Shown one piece after another: positions 37,196 through 47,769 of a stretch of DNA of 64,000 nucleotides (positions are counted from its first letter, which is position 1; each line of letters starts with the position of its first letter). The stretch comes from Verrucomicrobiaceae bacterium (GTDB lineage Bacteria; Verrucomicrobiota; Verrucomicrobiia; Verrucomicrobiales; Akkermansiaceae). The position numbers and the translations under genes are program-made. The notes below the pieces were generated by a model, which had not been told where the DNA came from, made no database searches, and saw nothing but the letters and a program-made list of their open reading frames with translations. The stretch covers positions 185,448-249,447 of the forward strand of contig JBPOGH010000005.1 in assembly GCA_051252135.1 (NCBI GenBank). Reading direction: 5' to 3'.

Positions 37196-39052
37196 ATGCG
37201 TCTCTGGCCCGTCATCTTCCTTTCTCTCCTCAGCGGAATCCTCTCCGCCGATGACTTCGTCGCCAAAACCCGCCCCTTCCTCGAAAAACACTGCATCGCC
37301 TGCCACGGCGAGGACAAACGAAAAGGCGACATCGTCCTCCACGATCTCAACTCACTCGACGACGCCTTCAAAAAATACCGCCTCCTCGAGAACATCATCG
37401 ACCAGGTCCACTACCAGGACATGCCCCCCGATGACCATGACGTCCTCCCCTCCGATGACGAACGCAAAGCCTTCATCAAAACCCTCTCTGAAGTCACCGA
37501 CCGCATCAAATCCGGCGACGTCCCCCAGCTCGCCGGTCGCACCACCCTCCGCCGCCTCAATAAGAACGAATACAACGCAACCGTTCGCGACCTCTTCGGC
37601 GTCAACTTCAACCCCGGCGCAAACTTCCCTGCCGATGGCGCCGGTGGCGAAGGCTTCGATAACATGGCCGACGCCCTCTTCTCCTCGCCCAGCCTCCTCG
37701 AGAAATATCTCAATGCCGCTAAAAAAGTCGTCGCCTCCGTCTACTCCAGCCCTGCTCTAAAAGGCAAAGTCATCTTCGCCTCCCCCTCCAAGCCCGACCA
37801 AGCCCAGTCCACTGCCGAAAAGGTCCTCAACTACCACGCCACTCTCGCCTACCGCCGCCGCGTCTCCGATGAAGACATGGCCCCCCTCCTCTCCGCCTTC
37901 GCCAAAGGCCAACAATCCGGACTCTCCTACAGCGACTCCCTCCGCGCCCCCCTCACCGCCCTCCTCATCAATCCCCGCTTCCTCTTCCGCGCCGAGCACG
38001 ACCAATCAGGAAAAGAAGAATGGCGCCTCACCGACTTCGAGATCGCCACCCGCCTCTCCTACTTCCTCTGGTCCTCCATGCCCGACCGCGAACTCTTCCG
38101 CATCGCCGATGAAGGAAAACTCAGCGATCCCGAAGTCCTCAAAGCCCAGGTCCTCCGCATGATCGACAGCCCCAAGTCTGACGCCTTCGCCAAGCACTTC
38201 GCCGGACAATGGCTCGGATTCAAAAAAATGATCGATGAGGTCGAGCCCGACCCCGAACGCTTCCCCGAGTTCAACAACGAACTCCGCCGCGCCATGTACT
38301 ACGAGGGCCTCGAATTCTTCACCCACCTCGTTCGCGAAAACCGCCCCATCACCGAGCTCATCGATAGCGACTACACCTTCGCCAACGCCACCCTCGCCAA
38401 GCACTACGACCTCAAGGAAAAGGTCACTGGCAAGAAGCTTCAAAAAGTCACTCTCCATAACAAAAACCGCGGCGGCGTCCTCGGCATGGGAGCCATCCTC
38501 ACCTCCACCTCCCTCCCCCTTCGCACCAGCCCCGTCCACCGCGGCGTCTGGATCCTCGACTCCCTCCTCGGCGATCCCGCCCCACCCCCGCCACCAAACG
38601 CCGGAGAACTCCCCGCCGATGACACCCAGGCCGGTGGCCTCACTTTCCGCGAACAACTCGCCGCCCACCGCGAAAAAGCCGCCTGCGCCTCCTGCCACGC
38701 CCGCATCGACCCCCTCGGCTTCGGACTCGAGAACTACGATGCCATCGGCCGCTGGCGCACCAAAGACGCCAACGGAAAACCCATCGACAGCACCGCCGTC
38801 CTCCCCGGCGACATCGAGTTCTCCACCCCTCACGAACTCAAACAACTCGTCATGTTCGGCAAAGACAAGTTCGCCAGCAACATGACCCGCAAGCTCATCT
38901 CCTACGCCACCGGCCGCAGCCTCGAATACTACGACGAAGCCACCGTCTCCCAAATCGTCGCAAACATCGCCAAAAAAGACTACTCCACCCAAGACCTCAT
39001 CCTCGAAGTCGTCCAATCCCGCCCCTTCCAAAACCGCTCCGCCACCCGGTAA
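37196..39052 (+). CDS. DUF1592-type planctomycete cytochrome c protein (DUF1587/1595/1592/1588/1585)
   Basis: CIACH..MPP, RRLNKNEY, RLSYFLWSSMPD, TSPVHRG, CASCH..IDPLGFGLENYD. Confidence 0.9.
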   Translation: MRLWPVIFLSLLSGILSADDFVAKTRPFLEKHCIACHGEDKRKGDIVLHDLNSLDDAFKKYRLLENIIDQVHYQDMPPDDHDVLPSDDERKAFIKTLSEVTDRIKSGDVPQLAGRTTLRRLNKNEYNATVRDLFGVNFNPGANFPADGAGGEGFDNMADALFSSPSLLEKYLNAAKKVVASVYSSPALKGKVIFASPSKPDQAQSTAEKVLNYHATLAYRRRVSDEDMAPLLSAFAKGQQSGLSYSDSLRAPLTALLINPRFLFRAEHDQSGKEEWRLTDFEIATRLSYFLWSSMPDRELFRIADEGKLSDPEVLKAQVLRMIDSPKSDAFAKHFAGQWLGFKKMIDEVEPDPERFPEFNNELRRAMYYEGLEFFTHLVRENRPITELIDSDYTFANATLAKHYDLKEKVTGKKLQKVTLHNKNRGGVLGMGAILTSTSLPLRTSPVHRGVWILDSLLGDPAPPPPPNAGELPADDTQAGGLTFREQLAAHREKAACASCHARIDPLGFGLENYDAIGRWRTKDANGKPIDSTAVLPGDIEFSTPHELKQLVMFGKDKFASNMTRKLISYATGRSLEYYDEATVSQIVANIAKKDYSTQDLILEVVQSRPFQNRSATR

Positions 39053-39103
39053 AAATCCCCCCTTGTAGCGTCGGTCTATGACCGTCGTAAACTCCCTCTT
39101 AAG

Positions 39104-39748
39104 GTGCCCCTCGAACAACTCCCCCTCACCCCCAAGCCCTGCGATTTTCCTCCAAATATCGCCACCATGCTGGCCGAGGCCGACCGCCGCTGCGACGCAT
39201 TCTTCGACGCCGGCCACCACCGTCGCTACCCCCGCTACCTCCCCAGCAATCCCACCAAAATTCACTCCGCCATCGTCGCACTCCAAGAATCAAACTGGCT
39301 ACGCGGAAACACTTTCTGCGAATGGGGCTCCGGATTCGGCATCGCCACCTGCATGGCCTCCCTCCTCGGCTTCGAAGCCTACGGAATCGAACTCGAACAA
39401 GGACTCGCCGACCTCGCCACCCAACTCGCCTACGATCTCGATATCCCGGTCGAATTCCTCTGCACCAGCTACCTCCCCGAAGGATATGAGGAATGTGAAG
39501 GCATCGGCGGAAAAGACCTCCTCCTCCCCCAAGCCACCATCTCCGGCGGTGGCACGATCGATGTCACCCCCATCTACGACGGACTCGACCCCGATGAAGT
39601 CGACCTCTTCTTCGTCTACCCCTGGCCCGGCGAAGAAGAATTCATGATGGACCTCTTCCAAGCAGTCGCTGGCGAAGATTCCATCCTCCTCATCTACCAC
39701 GCCGATGGCGAAACCACCGCCTACCGCCGGGGCGATGATGTCGATTAA
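39104..39748 (+). CDS. Class I SAM-dependent methyltransferase-like protein
   Basis: FCEWGSGFG, AYGIE, FFVYPWPGE. Confidence 0.7.
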   Translation: MPLEQLPLTPKPCDFPPNIATMLAEADRRCDAFFDAGHHRRYPRYLPSNPTKIHSAIVALQESNWLRGNTFCEWGSGFGIATCMASLLGFEAYGIELEQGLADLATQLAYDLDIPVEFLCTSYLPEGYEECEGIGGKDLLLPQATISGGGTIDVTPIYDGLDPDEVDLFFVYPWPGEEEFMMDLFQAVAGEDSILLIYHADGETTAYRRGDDVD

Positions 39749-40657
39749 TCAGGAAAGGTTCTCACTAAAGAACGCCAGCGTCCTCTTCCACGCCAGTTCC
39801 GCATTCTCCTCATCATAACGCCCCGTCGAATCATTGTGAAATCCGTGGTTCGCTTTCGGATAAATATGCGCCTCATACTTTGCGCCATTGGCCTTCAGGT
39901 CAGCCTCATACTCCGGCCAACTCCCGTTCACCCGTTTGTCCAACTCTGCAAGCTGAATGAGCAACGGCCCCTTCACCTTCTTCCGGATTTCTTTTGCCGC
40001 CGGAGTCCCGTAAAAAGGAACACCCGCATTCAAACTCTCGGGAAGAGTGGCCGCCAACATGTTGACCACATAGCCCCCGAAACAAAAACCCACCGCCCCA
40101 AGCTTCCCGTTGCTCAGCTCATGCCCTTTTAAAAATTCTGCCGCCGCAATGAAGTCTTGCTCGATCTTTGCCCGGTCCAACTTCCCCTGCATCGCCCGAC
40201 CCTCGTCATCATTCCCCGGATAGCCCCCACTCGGATGGAGCGCATCGGGGGCAAAGGCCACAAACCCCGCCTTCGCCAGCCGCCTCGCCACATCCTTGAT
40301 GTAGGGATTGAGCCCTCGATTTTCATGAATCACCAACACCACCGGCGCCTTTCCCTCCAACGCCGTCGGAACCACAAAATAACCCCGCCCCTCCCCGTGC
40401 CCCTTCGGCGAAGCAAAGGTGAGATAGCTCGCCTTGATCGCCTCATCATTAAAGGAAACCTGCTCCGCCGCCTCATAATCCGGCATCAGCACCGGCAGGA
40501 TCATCCCCATCGTCAGCGTCGCCGTCGTCAACGTGCCCAGTCGCGCCATAAAGGTTCTCCGGTCGATCACCCCATGCGCATATTCATCATACCAATCAAA
40601 GGCTTCCTGGGGAATCGGATGGGTCGCAGCTGCAGAAGTTGGTTCATGAAGAGACAT
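39749..40657 (-). CDS. Dienelactone hydrolase family protein (YghX-like)
   Basis: YDEYAHG..DRRTF, VIHENRGLNPYI, VGFCFGG, HGFHNDST. Confidence 0.92.
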   Translation of the reverse strand: MSLHEPTSAAATHPIPQEAFDWYDEYAHGVIDRRTFMARLGTLTTATLTMGMILPVLMPDYEAAEQVSFNDEAIKASYLTFASPKGHGEGRGYFVVPTALEGKAPVVLVIHENRGLNPYIKDVARRLAKAGFVAFAPDALHPSGGYPGNDDEGRAMQGKLDRAKIEQDFIAAAEFLKGHELSNGKLGAVGFCFGGYVVNMLAATLPESLNAGVPFYGTPAAKEIRKKVKGPLLIQLAELDKRVNGSWPEYEADLKANGAKYEAHIYPKANHGFHNDSTGRYDEENAELAWKRTLAFFSENLS

Positions 40658-40901
40658 AACAGGGGAGTATTTGGCAGGGATCACGATAGCGCAAGGGAGG
40701 AAGCCCAAGTTCAAAAAGCCTGAGCCACTATCCTAAGAGCTGTTCCTCCAATGTTGATGATCGCGCCCTACCGATCCGTGAAAAAACCGCTCCACCCAAG
40801 GGCTCTGGACTTCTCTCCCGCAACCTCCCCATCAAGGAACTTCCCCGGGCAAAACCACGGCTTGAAGTTGCGGATTCAGCTTCCCCGCCTACCTTCCCTC
40901 C

Positions 40902-41357
40902 ATGTCTCCAAACGATCTCAAGTCCCTCGCCCCCGATCTCGCCAATGGCGACTTTCCTCGCAGCCCTCGCGAAACACTCGGCGGCTACGTTGTCGCCGCT
41001 CGCACTCTCGACAAATGCCGCGCTGAACTCGCCGGCACCAACGGCGAATATCACTACGATTGCCCCCTGGATAATTTCTTCTTCAACTTCACCGGAATTT
41101 CCGCCGACGACTTCAAAACATTCGTCGCCACAGGCGCTGAAGACAACGCCGTCGCAGAATGGATCTCCGCTAACGCCTCGCCCCGCGAACGCCGGGACGT
41201 CATCCAGTGGAACAATGACATGCGCTGCAAGCGCGTCTCCGAAATGCCCATCGAATTACAGGAATTTCTCGAAGGCTACATTCCTCAGTTCATTCCCGCG
41301 GGAAAAATCGTCTACTACTGGTTCGATGTCTACGACATCGAGGAAGGCCGAATCTAA
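40902..41357 (+). CDS. DUF5069-like protein
   Basis: PRSPRETLGG..R.LDK.RA...GEYHYDCPLD. Confidence 0.75.
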   Translation: MSPNDLKSLAPDLANGDFPRSPRETLGGYVVAARTLDKCRAELAGTNGEYHYDCPLDNFFFNFTGISADDFKTFVATGAEDNAVAEWISANASPRERRDVIQWNNDMRCKRVSEMPIELQEFLEGYIPQFIPAGKIVYYWFDVYDIEEGRI

Positions 41358-42094
41358 TAATCCCCACTTGGCTCGAGTTCCAGACTTGAAAAATGGCTGC
41401 GGCGGCGGCCCAACAAAAATGCACTCATCCCGATCAAGGCCAGTAAACTGCTGGATGGTTCCGGAACCCCGGCATTGTGGATGAAAGACCTCCATTGCGT
41501 CTCTCCGTTCGCATTCGTGGTGCCATCTCCAAAAGAAATTACTTCCGTAGTGGCCGGTGCATAAGCGTAGGTTGAACCGGAAAGAACCAGGTTTGTATCC
41601 TGGTAAAGATTGACCGTGCTCCCTGCCGTCGTGCCGTCGATGACCAGCTGATACTGGTGGAACGCGTGCGTATCGAGAGTCGTGTTTTCGGGGCCCCTTG
41701 AGGTCTGCCCGTTGAGAAAGAAAACTTCATCATCGCCAATAAACAACCCCATATTCACACCGGATGACACCGTCGCGAAAACAAGACCGGTATCGCGAAA
41801 ATTCTGGTTGGTGAAGCCGGAGATGTAAGCCATCTCAAAATCGATCACCGTCTGGGCCGGAATACTCAGGTCTGGACCACTCATTGAATAACTCATCAGC
41901 TCAATGACGTCGTCATTTTGTAAGGTCAACGTTGATGCCGAAAGTACCGGAACCTCGGGAGTCGAACTGTTAGAGAGTGTATACCCCACCGCTTCCGGAG
42001 TTTGTCCCGAAGAACCCAACCAGGAAACCGTGGCAGCCTCCAGGGGAAGAGTGAACGGGACGAGGAGGAGACAATGGCTGGGATCGAGTTTCAT
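41354..42094 (-). CDS. PEP-CTERM protein with extended C-terminal tail
   Basis: Signal peptide; VPEPSS-TM-RRR followed by an extra tail. Confidence 0.85.
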   Translation of the reverse strand: MKLDPSHCLLLVPFTLPLEAATVSWLGSSGQTPEAVGYTLSNSSTPEVPVLSASTLTLQNDDVIELMSYSMSGPDLSIPAQTVIDFEMAYISGFTNQNFRDTGLVFATVSSGVNMGLFIGDDEVFFLNGQTSRGPENTTLDTHAFHQYQLVIDGTTAGSTVNLYQDTNLVLSGSTYAYAPATTEVISFGDGTTNANGETQWRSFIHNAGVPEPSSSLLALIGMSAFLLGRRRSHFSSLELEPSGDY

Positions 42095-42207
42095 GGGAGG
42101 ATAGCGTTAATGAGAGCCCCCCTTGATCGTTAAAATCGCGATAATTGTCGAGACAGATTTCAATGCCCAAAATGCCGATCCGGGTTTCTCGTCTCTTGCG
42201 TGATCTC

Positions 42208-43332
42208 TCAAACCTCTGAATGCGCTCGCGGCATTCGAAGGGTGAACCGCGTTTCCTCCTCACTCGAATCCACCCTCAGACTCCCCCGATGCGCCTTCGC
42301 CACTTCGGATGCAATATAGAGCCCCAATCCAAGTCCCTTTTCACTGCTTGTTCTCTCTTTCCTCTTAAACGGCTCAAAAATGGTTTCCAACGATCCCTCC
42401 GGAATCGGCTCTCCATTGTTGCTCACCGAAAGCACAAAATCATCCCCGTCGATCGACCATCTCACCGTAACCGGGCTCTCCTGATCTCCATGCGTCAGTG
42501 CATTGCCCACCAAATTCGAGAGAATCTGGGAGATGCGGCCCGGATCGCAGTCCACCGGTTCAGTCAGCACATCATTTGCCACAATCCGGCGGTCGGGGTG
42601 AGCCACCCGCAACTCTTCAACCACTTGCATCAAAACGGGTTGAAGGTCCAGCTTCTCCCAATTCAAGGTCATCTCTCCACCGAGACGGCCCCGCGCAAAA
42701 TCCATCACGTCTTCGATTAATCCGGTCATGCGTTCAACGCTTTCATTCATCACCCCCAGCATCTTGCACTCCCCGGGCGTCAACTCCGCCTCCGCAAGAA
42801 TCGTTATCCCCATCCCTATCGCCCCCAGCGGATTGCGAAGATCGTGACCCAAAACCGCAATAAATTGCTCGCGCAACAATGCTGTTTCCTGCGCATCCGT
42901 CAGCCGATTCTCCGCACGCTTCTTGGCCTCCCGCAAATTCTCTTCGTAGATGTGGCGGTCCGTCGCCTTGTAGGCCGTCAATCGCACGTATAAGGGCTCG
43001 TCTGACGCATCGCGTCGTTCGCAGGCATTAACCAACACCGGCAGGCGTCCGCCACTTCGATCTTTTAGCTCCAGTGCGACTTCGTCAAAATACCCCTGCA
43101 TTCTCAACAACGGCGCCAGATGCGTCTCATGAAAAATCTTCCCGCCAATCGAAAGGAACGAAGCAAATCGTTGCCCCTCGATCTCACCCTTTTCATAGCC
43201 CAGCCAGTCAGCCATCCGCGAATTGCATCTCAGAATATGACCATCCGGATGGATAATCAAATGACCGCAAAGGGCATTCTCAAAGAAGTCCTCAAAATCC
43301 TCATGCAGTTCCTTATGTCCCGATTCACTCAT
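42208..43332 (-). CDS. PAS-domain sensor histidine kinase
   Basis: PAS N-terminus (IFHETHLAPLL), HDLRNPL, NLVGNA, GLGLGL; 4-nt overlap with the hydrolase gene. Confidence 0.92.
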   Translation of the reverse strand: MSESGHKELHEDFEDFFENALCGHLIIHPDGHILRCNSRMADWLGYEKGEIEGQRFASFLSIGGKIFHETHLAPLLRMQGYFDEVALELKDRSGGRLPVLVNACERRDASDEPLYVRLTAYKATDRHIYEENLREAKKRAENRLTDAQETALLREQFIAVLGHDLRNPLGAIGMGITILAEAELTPGECKMLGVMNESVERMTGLIEDVMDFARGRLGGEMTLNWEKLDLQPVLMQVVEELRVAHPDRRIVANDVLTEPVDCDPGRISQILSNLVGNALTHGDQESPVTVRWSIDGDDFVLSVSNNGEPIPEGSLETIFEPFKRKERTSSEKGLGLGLYIASEVAKAHRGSLRVDSSEEETRFTLRMPRAHSEV

Positions 43333-44120
43333 AGGAAGGACTTGATCGCCTCGATGGTTTCTTCCGGAGCACTCAGGTTCGGACAATGACCGGTGGCTTT
43401 CATCACCACCAAGGTGCTGTTTTTCATCTGCGAATGGACGTACTCCCCGACCTCAAGCGGCGCGATCACATCATTCGAACATTGCAGGATCAATGACGGA
43501 ACTTCCGTGGCTCCCAAACTCTCGCGGTAATCCGAGAGAAAAGTCGTTCGCGCAAAGTGCTTCGCAATCTCCGGGTCCGTCCGGCAAAAACTCTCTGCGA
43601 GCTCCTGCCCTAGCTCCCCCCGATCCGGATTCCCCATGATGACCGGGGCCATCGACATCGACCACCCAAAGTGATTGCTGTCCAGTGATTCCAGCAACTC
43701 CTCAATCTCAGCCTCGCTAAATCCACCGCGATAACCTTCTTCATCGATATAGCAGGGAGACGGCCCCACAAGAACCAGCGCCTTAAACATCCCCGGAACC
43801 ATTCCGGCAGCGATGACCCCAATCATCGCACTCACCGAATGCCCCACAAAAATCGCATCCTTGAGCCCAAGCTCCTTGCCAATCTCAACGATGTCTTCGG
43901 CATAACCCTCCAGCTTCCCGTACTTCTCGGTTGAATAGGCCGCCAAGTCCGATTTCCCCGCACCAACATGGTCAAACAGCACCACCTGGTAATCGTCCTC
44001 GAAGGCTGGAGTCACCAGCCGCCACATGTTCTGATCACAGCCAAACCCATGGGCAAAAAGCATGGCCGCATGGCCATCCTTCCCTTTCACGACAACATTG
44101 TTTCGGTTGGTAACGCTCAT
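43329..44120 (-). CDS. rsbQ: RsbQ/KAI2-like alpha/beta hydrolase
   Basis: RNNV, AHGFGCDQNMWR, GHSVSAMIG, GPSPCYI, GHCPNLSAP. Confidence 0.88.
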   Translation of the reverse strand: MSVTNRNNVVVKGKDGHAAMLFAHGFGCDQNMWRLVTPAFEDDYQVVLFDHVGAGKSDLAAYSTEKYGKLEGYAEDIVEIGKELGLKDAIFVGHSVSAMIGVIAAGMVPGMFKALVLVGPSPCYIDEEGYRGGFSEAEIEELLESLDSNHFGWSMSMAPVIMGNPDRGELGQELAESFCRTDPEIAKHFARTTFLSDYRESLGATEVPSLILQCSNDVIAPLEVGEYVHSQMKNSTLVVMKATGHCPNLSAPEETIEAIKSFL

Positions 44121-44240
44121 AAAGAGTGATCGGTCACTTCGGAAACCCTGAGCCACGGAAATTCCAAAGTAAACATAATCCATGACGCGGTTCCCCCACA
44201 ATTCAGCGCCCTCATGGAATCGCGATTTGCAAACCCAACC

Positions 44241-45629
44241 TCACGCAATGATCCCGTTCACCACTTTGCCCGCCACGTCGGTAAGCCGAAAATCCCGACC
44301 GGCATAACGATAGGTGAACTCCTGATGATCAATCCCCATAAGATGGAGAATCGTGGCGTGGAGATCGTGAAAATGAACAGGCTTGTCCTCGGCATAATAA
44401 CCGTAGTCGTCGGTTGAACCGTAAACCGTTCCCGGCTTGATCCCGCCCCCCGCCATGAACATCGTAAACCCATGGGGGTTATGATCGCGGCCATCCGTCC
44501 CCTGTGCGGTCGGAGTGCGCCCAAATTCGCCGCCCCAGAGCACCAGGGTTTCATCGAGAAGCCCGCGTTGTTTCAAATCTGAAATCAGCCCCGCGACCGG
44601 TCGGTCCATTTCCGCGCTAAGCTTCTCGTGCTCTTTCTTTAACTTGCCATGGGAATCCCAGTAACGATGTGTCACTTGCACAAAACGAACCCCCGCTTCG
44701 CTAAAACGCCGCGCCATGAGGCATTGCTCGCCGAACGCCTTCGTCGGTTCGATATCCGCCCCGTAGAGTTTCTTAATGTGCGCCGGTTCGCTGGAGATAT
44801 CCTGCACTCCGGGCACCTCCATTTGCATTTTGAAAGCTAGCTCGTAAGAGGCGATCCGCGATTCCAGCTCACTGTCCGCACCACGCTGCGCGAGGTGTTC
44901 GCGATTGAACGAAGCGAGCAAATCCAACTCCTTGCGCTGCTTGGCTTGGTCGTGAAGCGGATTTTCAATAAAAGGAACTTTCATCTCCGCTCCCTTTCCA
45001 CTGACGCGCGTGCCGCTGAACTTCGCAGGAAGAAATGACGAGGACCAGGCCCCGGCCCCACCATGACTCCCGCTGGGATTGATCGTAATAAAACCGGGGA
45101 GGTTCTCATTCTCGCTCCCAAGCCCATAGTTGATCCACGACCCCATCGACGGGCGCGTGAAGGTGTCCGACCCGGTATGCAATTCCAATAGCGCCCCACC
45201 ATGCCGCGAGTTCGAGCAATGCATCGATTTCACAAAGCAGAGCTCGTCTGCGATGGAGGCGATATTCGGTAACAATTCACAAACCTGCGCTCCACTTTGG
45301 CCATGTTGTTGACAGGCCCAGGGCGACTTCAGGAGAAGGTTCTCAGTCTGATGGGAAGTGATCCGGGGCGCCCCAAGCGGAAAAGGCTTACCGCTGTCAC
45401 GTGCCAGCAAAGGTTTGGGATCAAACAAATCAACCGTCGATGGACCACCGTGCATGAAGAGAAAAATCACCCGCTTGGCGGTTCCGGGAAGCGGCGGCGC
45501 TTCGCTCTTCCCGGCAGCCTCCCGCGATAGCATCGCCTGCAGCGCAAGCGCTCCGAATCCCGTTCCGGATCGCTGTAACATTTCCCGACGGGAAAGCGGG
45601 ACTCCCGCTCGCTGACCACACAAATTCAT
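44241..45629 (-). CDS. DUF1501 domain protein (Tat-exported)
   Basis: SRREML, FLFMHGGPS, RPSMGSW, GEFGRTP, GRDH. Confidence 0.92.
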   Translation of the reverse strand: MNLCGQRAGVPLSRREMLQRSGTGFGALALQAMLSREAAGKSEAPPLPGTAKRVIFLFMHGGPSTVDLFDPKPLLARDSGKPFPLGAPRITSHQTENLLLKSPWACQQHGQSGAQVCELLPNIASIADELCFVKSMHCSNSRHGGALLELHTGSDTFTRPSMGSWINYGLGSENENLPGFITINPSGSHGGAGAWSSSFLPAKFSGTRVSGKGAEMKVPFIENPLHDQAKQRKELDLLASFNREHLAQRGADSELESRIASYELAFKMQMEVPGVQDISSEPAHIKKLYGADIEPTKAFGEQCLMARRFSEAGVRFVQVTHRYWDSHGKLKKEHEKLSAEMDRPVAGLISDLKQRGLLDETLVLWGGEFGRTPTAQGTDGRDHNPHGFTMFMAGGGIKPGTVYGSTDDYGYYAEDKPVHFHDLHATILHLMGIDHQEFTYRYAGRDFRLTDVAGKVVNGIIA

Positions 45630-45632
45630 AAG

Positions 45633-47576
45633 CTACTCTACGTATAAAAATTCATTGCTGGAAAATAACACTCGCGCAAAGGCCGCCCAAGCTTCCTTTT
45701 CGTCGCCGTAGTAGCTCACAAATTCCTCACCCTGGAGACACTCCTCCTCCGTCCCCTCCCGACCCAGCAAGTGCCTGATCAACCAGGAACTACGGGAGCG
45801 CGCATCCTGATCGGCCGTGGCTGCGATCATCACCTCCGCCAGCGCGCGGGAAGATTCATGCATCAACTCGCTGTTCATCAAATAAAGCGCCTGTCCGGCG
45901 ACCGTGGAGCTGCGACGATTTCCGTCGGAAACCGCGGGGTCAGCGGCATCGAAGGCCTTTTGCCCGTCGTAACCCGTGCTGCGATAGACCGGAAGATACA
46001 CCGTCCGCCTCGGAACCAGCGCGTGGGCATCGAGTTGTCCGCGATCAACATACTTCGAGGGCTTCACAACCAACATCGATCCTCCCATCGTAAAATCGAG
46101 GCGTCCCGACTTCATGAGAATACTATCGCGAATCACTTCTGATTCCACTCGCCGGCGCTGCCATCGCGCAAAGAGTCTGTTTTCCGGGTCATTCTCTAAA
46201 AGGGCGTAATCAGCCTGAGCCGCTTGACGGTAGGTCGCCGAATTCATCATCAGCCGATGCATCGCTTTGACCGACCAACCGGACTCCACAAACTTCCAGG
46301 CAAGATGATCCAGAAGCTCGGGGTGTGTCGGTCGTTCCCCCAGGCCACCAAAGTTATCCGGAGTCGGCACGATCCCCCGCCCAAAATGCCAACGCCAAAG
46401 TCGGTTCGCAATGACCCGGGCAGTGAGCGGATTCTCCGCCGATGCAATCCACCGCGCCAGCTCAAGTCGCCCGCTTTCCTCCTCGGGCATGACAACTTTC
46501 TCTCCATGCGTCCAAGCCGAAGGAACACCACGGGGAACCTCTTCCCCCAGTGTGAGGTAGTCTCCCCGCAAGTGAACCTTTACATCCTGAGTGGGATACT
46601 CGGTCACGCCCATGACCTTAAAAGGAGCGGGAAGGTCCTTCCTCAGTAATCCGACTTCAACTCCAAGACGCTCCTTCTCGTCTTCAGCAGTTTCCTTTTT
46701 CTTCCGCAATTCCTCCAGGCGACGCACCTCCTGCCATCTCTCTTGATGATCCTCTTCCGAAAGATCGTGCTCATGAAATTCCGCCACCACCGAATATTTC
46801 GTGAGCGTCTTGGTCGACATGAAAATCCCCGCAAGCCCGTAGTATTCCTTGATCGAAATGGGATCAATTTTATGGTCGTGACATCGGGCGCAACCAATTG
46901 TCATCCCAAGAAAAGCGCGACCCATCGTGTCCATTTGCTCATCGACAATGTCGCGCCGCATCTTGTCAGGATCATCACATGCCAGCATTTTCGGGCCCAC
47001 CGAAAGAAATCCCAAGCCCACCGTTCGCGCTCGCTTCGCCGCAAGATCATCTGCGGGAAGGAGATCGCCCGCCAATTGCTCAATGATAAATTGATCGAAG
47101 GGCTTGTCCTCGTTGAAGGAGGAAATGACGTAGTCCCGATACCGCCAGGCCGAAGGATGGGCAATGTCCTCATCCATCCCGTTCGTGTCGGCGTACCGGG
47201 CGACATCAAGCCAATGGCGACCCCAACGTTCGCCATACCTCGGCGACTCCAGCAATTCGTCGATCAGTCGCTCCCAGGCATCGTCACGTTCATCCCGGAC
47301 AAATGCCGCAATCTGCTCGGTCGTCGGTGGCAGACCGTGCAGATCAAGATAAGCCCGTCTCACCAAAGTCCGTTGATCCGCAGCGTCCGTAGGACTAAAA
47401 TCTCTTTCCTCGATCCCGCTCAAGACAAAGAGATCCAACTGCTCCCGCATCCACTCGGTGTGCTCAACATCAGGAAGTTTGGGGTTCTCTACCGGAGAAT
47501 AGGCCCAGTCACCTTCGGCTCCCAAAATGAAACCCGCGGTCATTCCCAGACATCCGATCAGCCGAAAAAACACCAT
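45633..47576 (-). CDS. DUF1549/DUF1553 (PSD1) protein
   Basis: LVRRAYLDLHGLPPT, YGERWGRHWLDVARYAD, CARCHDHK, NPLTARV, PTHPELLD. Confidence 0.92.
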   Translation of the reverse strand: MVFFRLIGCLGMTAGFILGAEGDWAYSPVENPKLPDVEHTEWMREQLDLFVLSGIEERDFSPTDAADQRTLVRRAYLDLHGLPPTTEQIAAFVRDERDDAWERLIDELLESPRYGERWGRHWLDVARYADTNGMDEDIAHPSAWRYRDYVISSFNEDKPFDQFIIEQLAGDLLPADDLAAKRARTVGLGFLSVGPKMLACDDPDKMRRDIVDEQMDTMGRAFLGMTIGCARCHDHKIDPISIKEYYGLAGIFMSTKTLTKYSVVAEFHEHDLSEEDHQERWQEVRRLEELRKKKETAEDEKERLGVEVGLLRKDLPAPFKVMGVTEYPTQDVKVHLRGDYLTLGEEVPRGVPSAWTHGEKVVMPEEESGRLELARWIASAENPLTARVIANRLWRWHFGRGIVPTPDNFGGLGERPTHPELLDHLAWKFVESGWSVKAMHRLMMNSATYRQAAQADYALLENDPENRLFARWQRRRVESEVIRDSILMKSGRLDFTMGGSMLVVKPSKYVDRGQLDAHALVPRRTVYLPVYRSTGYDGQKAFDAADPAVSDGNRRSSTVAGQALYLMNSELMHESSRALAEVMIAATADQDARSRSSWLIRHLLGREGTEEECLQGEEFVSYYGDEKEAWAAFARVLFSSNEFLYVE

Positions 47577-47769
47577 CCCAACTACTACCGACCCATCCGA
47601 CTTGTTCTATCGTTGAATAATTGCCCTCTCACCCGGAGTATAAAGATCGTCGCCTCCTGGGACGCACGCGATCAAGAGGGCGCAATCATCTCCGAATTAG
47701 ATCGTGGCGAATCCCGGTAAAATTGACTACCATTCCCGCCAACGCCCACAACCCACCACTCCCAATTCC

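Noticed and set aside
47640..47720. Possible relic of a DUF1592 3' end (KIVAS...IISEL...R*) before DUF1552
   Set aside because: The similarity is too weak to support by eye; only the 10-bp repeat is reported.
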